From the NCBI RefSeq assembly GCF_902713615.1, contig NC_052155.1, forward strand, positions 72,595,328 to 72,659,327: a DNA stretch of 64,000 bases, given 5' to 3'. Below the pieces are notes generated by a model that saw only the letters and a list, made by a program, of their open reading frames with translations, was not told the DNA's origin and did not search any database. The position numbers and the translations under genes were made by a program. The stretch's first letter is position 1. Each line of letters starts with the position of its first letter. This DNA is from Scyliorhinus canicula (lineage: Eukaryota). Below are positions 61,061-64,000 of this stretch, one piece after another.

Positions 61061-63052
61061 CTTGTATAGCCTATTGGTAGTCATTCTCGGCACCTATCCT
61101 ATTCTTATTTTCATCCACCACCTCATGGCCCCACACCCATTCACATCCTCCCACCCACCAGCATAACCATCGAGACTTCACTTGATGGCAACTGTCTGTG
61201 AAGCATGTGGCTAAAACTGGAAAAACATTATTGCCACAACATGTTCTAATGACTTGCTGTAATTATGAAAATTAAGCAAATCAGCATCTCCCGATCTTAC
61301 TATTCCATGGAACATCCTACCCCATGTACCCAGAGATTTGGCACAGGTTGAGAATTGGCCTGTTCAATCAAATGGAGACCCATGACAGGAACTAGCAATG
61401 CTGGATAAATGTGGCCTTCAAATACAGGGACTGCTGACAACGATGAATTATTAAAATGATGCCCAAATCCTAAATTTCAAGCAACTCTTGAGCCTCTCTT
61501 CTTGGTTGTCTGCTAGAAGCGTGCCATCACTTATGTGTCTGGAAATGGGCCATAACAAATGTATTTCCTTTTAGCTCACATCAAAAGTTTATTCACATAT
61601 CAGTGATTGCTTATGTTCAATGCTTCAAAATATTTACAATGTGAAACAGGTCCACAAATAGATAGCAATCTTTGCAAATATGTTTAATGCCCTTCCACCG
61701 AACATACAATCTGTGAGTCCAAGGAAAGCTCTGGAAAATACCAATATCAAGCTGTGTGCTCTCATGTCAAAGGGAATGTAATAAGATAAAATGTCTTGGG
61801 AACTAGTGATTGCTTTGGTGCAGAGGAGCAATCTCAGCAAACAGGTCTCGGTTGTTCCAGGGATTCAGCCCACCCAAAATCTGCAAAATAAAAAAATAAC
61901 GAGGCCTCATAAGCTGAGCTTAATTTATTTATCTGGATTTCTTTATGGAGCACCCTGCACCAGTGAGATTGGCACCTGGCATGTCAACCAATTGTGCCTA
62001 TTATTAGCAATGAAGATTAATTGATCTATTCCACTCACATTGATGGACAGTTTGACAGTGAAAATATGACAAGTGCATTTGTTCCATTTTATTGCGATTG
62101 AAAAGTGACAGTTGCTTCCATGCACATGGATGAAGTATGCAGCACTGCATATTGTAAGATTAAGTGAACTACAAATTTTGTCCCATTTGGCAAAAGATGC
62201 TCAATTGCGAGCTGGGAATCTTTCAAAGGGCAGTCTCGTCATGGAAGGGAAATATTGGGCGAAGCTGTTTACAAATAGAAAGGCCAAACATTGGTGGGAA
62301 AGGTGTGGAAGGGCTAGTCGTAAATACACCCCAGCAAGTCGGGTAAGATAAAATCCAATCCATTGTTCCATTCAATGAACTTGCTTTACAGTTATATTGC
62401 ATCTTTAAAAACCCATGGGCAGGATCCAACTCAGGTGGTGAAGGACGTCACCTCCAGAACAAAAACCAGCAACAATGCTACTGACCTGATCTCTGGGAGT
62501 CCCGTCAGGATCAAGTGCCTAATTGGCAGTGGGGACCCTACTGAAGGGGCTCCTGTCTCCATTGGGTAATTTAATTATTGCACTGACGTATCTGGGGAAG
62601 ATAGCCTACCCACAAGAGCTACCACTCAATCAGAGGTGGGCAGCTCTCCAGTACCAGCAGCGCCACTGGGAGCAGTGTCCATTGCAAGTTCTACACTCAA
62701 ACTCACTTTGAGGATCATCACTGGATCCTCAAATAGAGATGTGTGTGTGGTCAGGATGGTGTTGCCAGATTTGGATGGGGCAGGGAGCGGGCAGGGGCAG
62801 TTCGGAAGCAAGTGGCTTTCAACGGGCATGTCCCCACCCAATGCCATGTTCCATGATTGGGCAGAGAGAATAAGTGACTCTCCCTATTAGGCTGTGAGCA
62901 AACCTGAAAGGGTTTGCTAGGAGGTCTCCCACTGGTGAGTTCCTTTCCCATCACTGGTAGAATACCAACAGTTGGTGGGATGAAGCCCTTAAGTGGTCCT
63001 TTAATGACTACTTAAGACTCTCAGTTGACCTCTGGGCAGGCAGGCCGTATTG

Positions 63053-63341
63053 TCATAGAATTTACAGTGCAGAAGGAGGCTATTCGGCCCATCGAGTCTG
63101 CAGCGGCTCTTGGAAAGAGCACCCTACCCAAGGTCAACACCTCCACCCTATCCCCATAACCCAGTAACCCGACCCAACACTAAGGGCAATTTTGGACACT
63201 AAGGGCAATTTATCATGGCCAATCCACCTAACCTGCACATCTTTGGACTGTGGGAGGAATCCGGAGCACCCGGAGGAAACCCACGCACACACGGGGAGGA
63301 TGTGCAGACTCCGCACAGTGACCCAAGCCGGAATCGAACCT
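63053..63341 (-). mobile_element. HE1/V-SINE, tail A, 5'-truncated
   Basis: Same subfamily diagnostics as the copies at 34297 and 51563. Confidence 0.88.
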
Positions 63342-63639
63342 CTCCCACCCATAGCTTGGTCGGGGGTCATCAGGAATGTGGCGGGAGTCCCCACCTGCTG
63401 TACCTTCCCCCATGTCGAAGGGACCCCCCCCCATCTCTGTGCCCTCCCCATATTACGGTTTATTGATTTTTCCAAAATGCTAATTATTATTTACTTTACT
63501 TGCATTTCAGTAAGAGAGTAGTGAGTTGCCTCAGTGTTTCTATCACTGATATTTCAATAATGGTCATGAACTACAGCTCCATCAAGTTTACATTGAGAGT
63601 CTTGGGCACCAATTTTGCAAACAAATCTATTTTGTGATA

Positions 63640-64000
63640 TTTTTTAAAACACCTTTAGAAAGTCCATACACATAACATCAACTACACTGCCCTTATCAAT
63701 TGTTACTTCATCAAAGAACTCAAATCACATTCATGAAGGATGATTTATCTGGTGCTGAAAATCAGGTGGTGCTGATTTTAATTTATTTTCCAAATGCCAA
63801 TTAATTTTCCTGAGGTTATTGTCTAGATGTTTTCCCACCATCATTATTAATTGCCAGCTTTAACCGTCTCTCATCTGGTAAACAGGGCTTCACAATTCTC
63901 CAGTCCTCTTGCACCATTTCCACATCTAAGAACGATTGGGACATTGTTACCAACACCTCTCTAATTTCCACTCTTATTTCCGTTAGTTACCTCAGACACA
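63640..64000 (-). mobile_element. Old CR1 RT remnant
   Basis: Antisense of VDVMCMDF-like motif (aaagtccatacacataacatcaac). Confidence 0.55.

Overview
Repeat-saturated eukaryotic (vertebrate) DNA. The SINE/LINE repertoire (HE1/V-SINE-type, DeuSINE-type, CR1, Rex1, Penelope, Harbinger MITEs) points to a cartilaginous fish, probably a catshark-like shark (inference). I could not recognise a host protein-coding exon, so this looks intronic or intergenic; almost all listed ORFs are transposon fragments or repeat artefacts. Recognisable content: a 1.7-kb gag-only Ty3/Gypsy LTR element (295-bp LTRs, 5-bp TSD) whose primer-binding position has no tRNA complement but is a perfect 13-nt complement of its own LTR (self-priming-like); a fossil two-gene Harbinger (transposase plus convergent Myb/SANT gene) with many related MITEs, two of them inserted into the 3-bp TSD of another MITE and one with its terminus expanded into a ~1.07-kb 28-bp minisatellite; a pogo (POGK-like) fossil with TIRs and TA TSD; a ~3-kb CR1 with a SINE in its 3' UTR; an internally deleted L1; Penelope remnants; a solo ERV-like LTR; and more than 25 SINEs with interchangeable 3' tails. 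Family names are assigned from remembered motifs, not database searches. Boundaries of old fragments are approximate (about +/-20-30 nt) unless a TSD is quoted.
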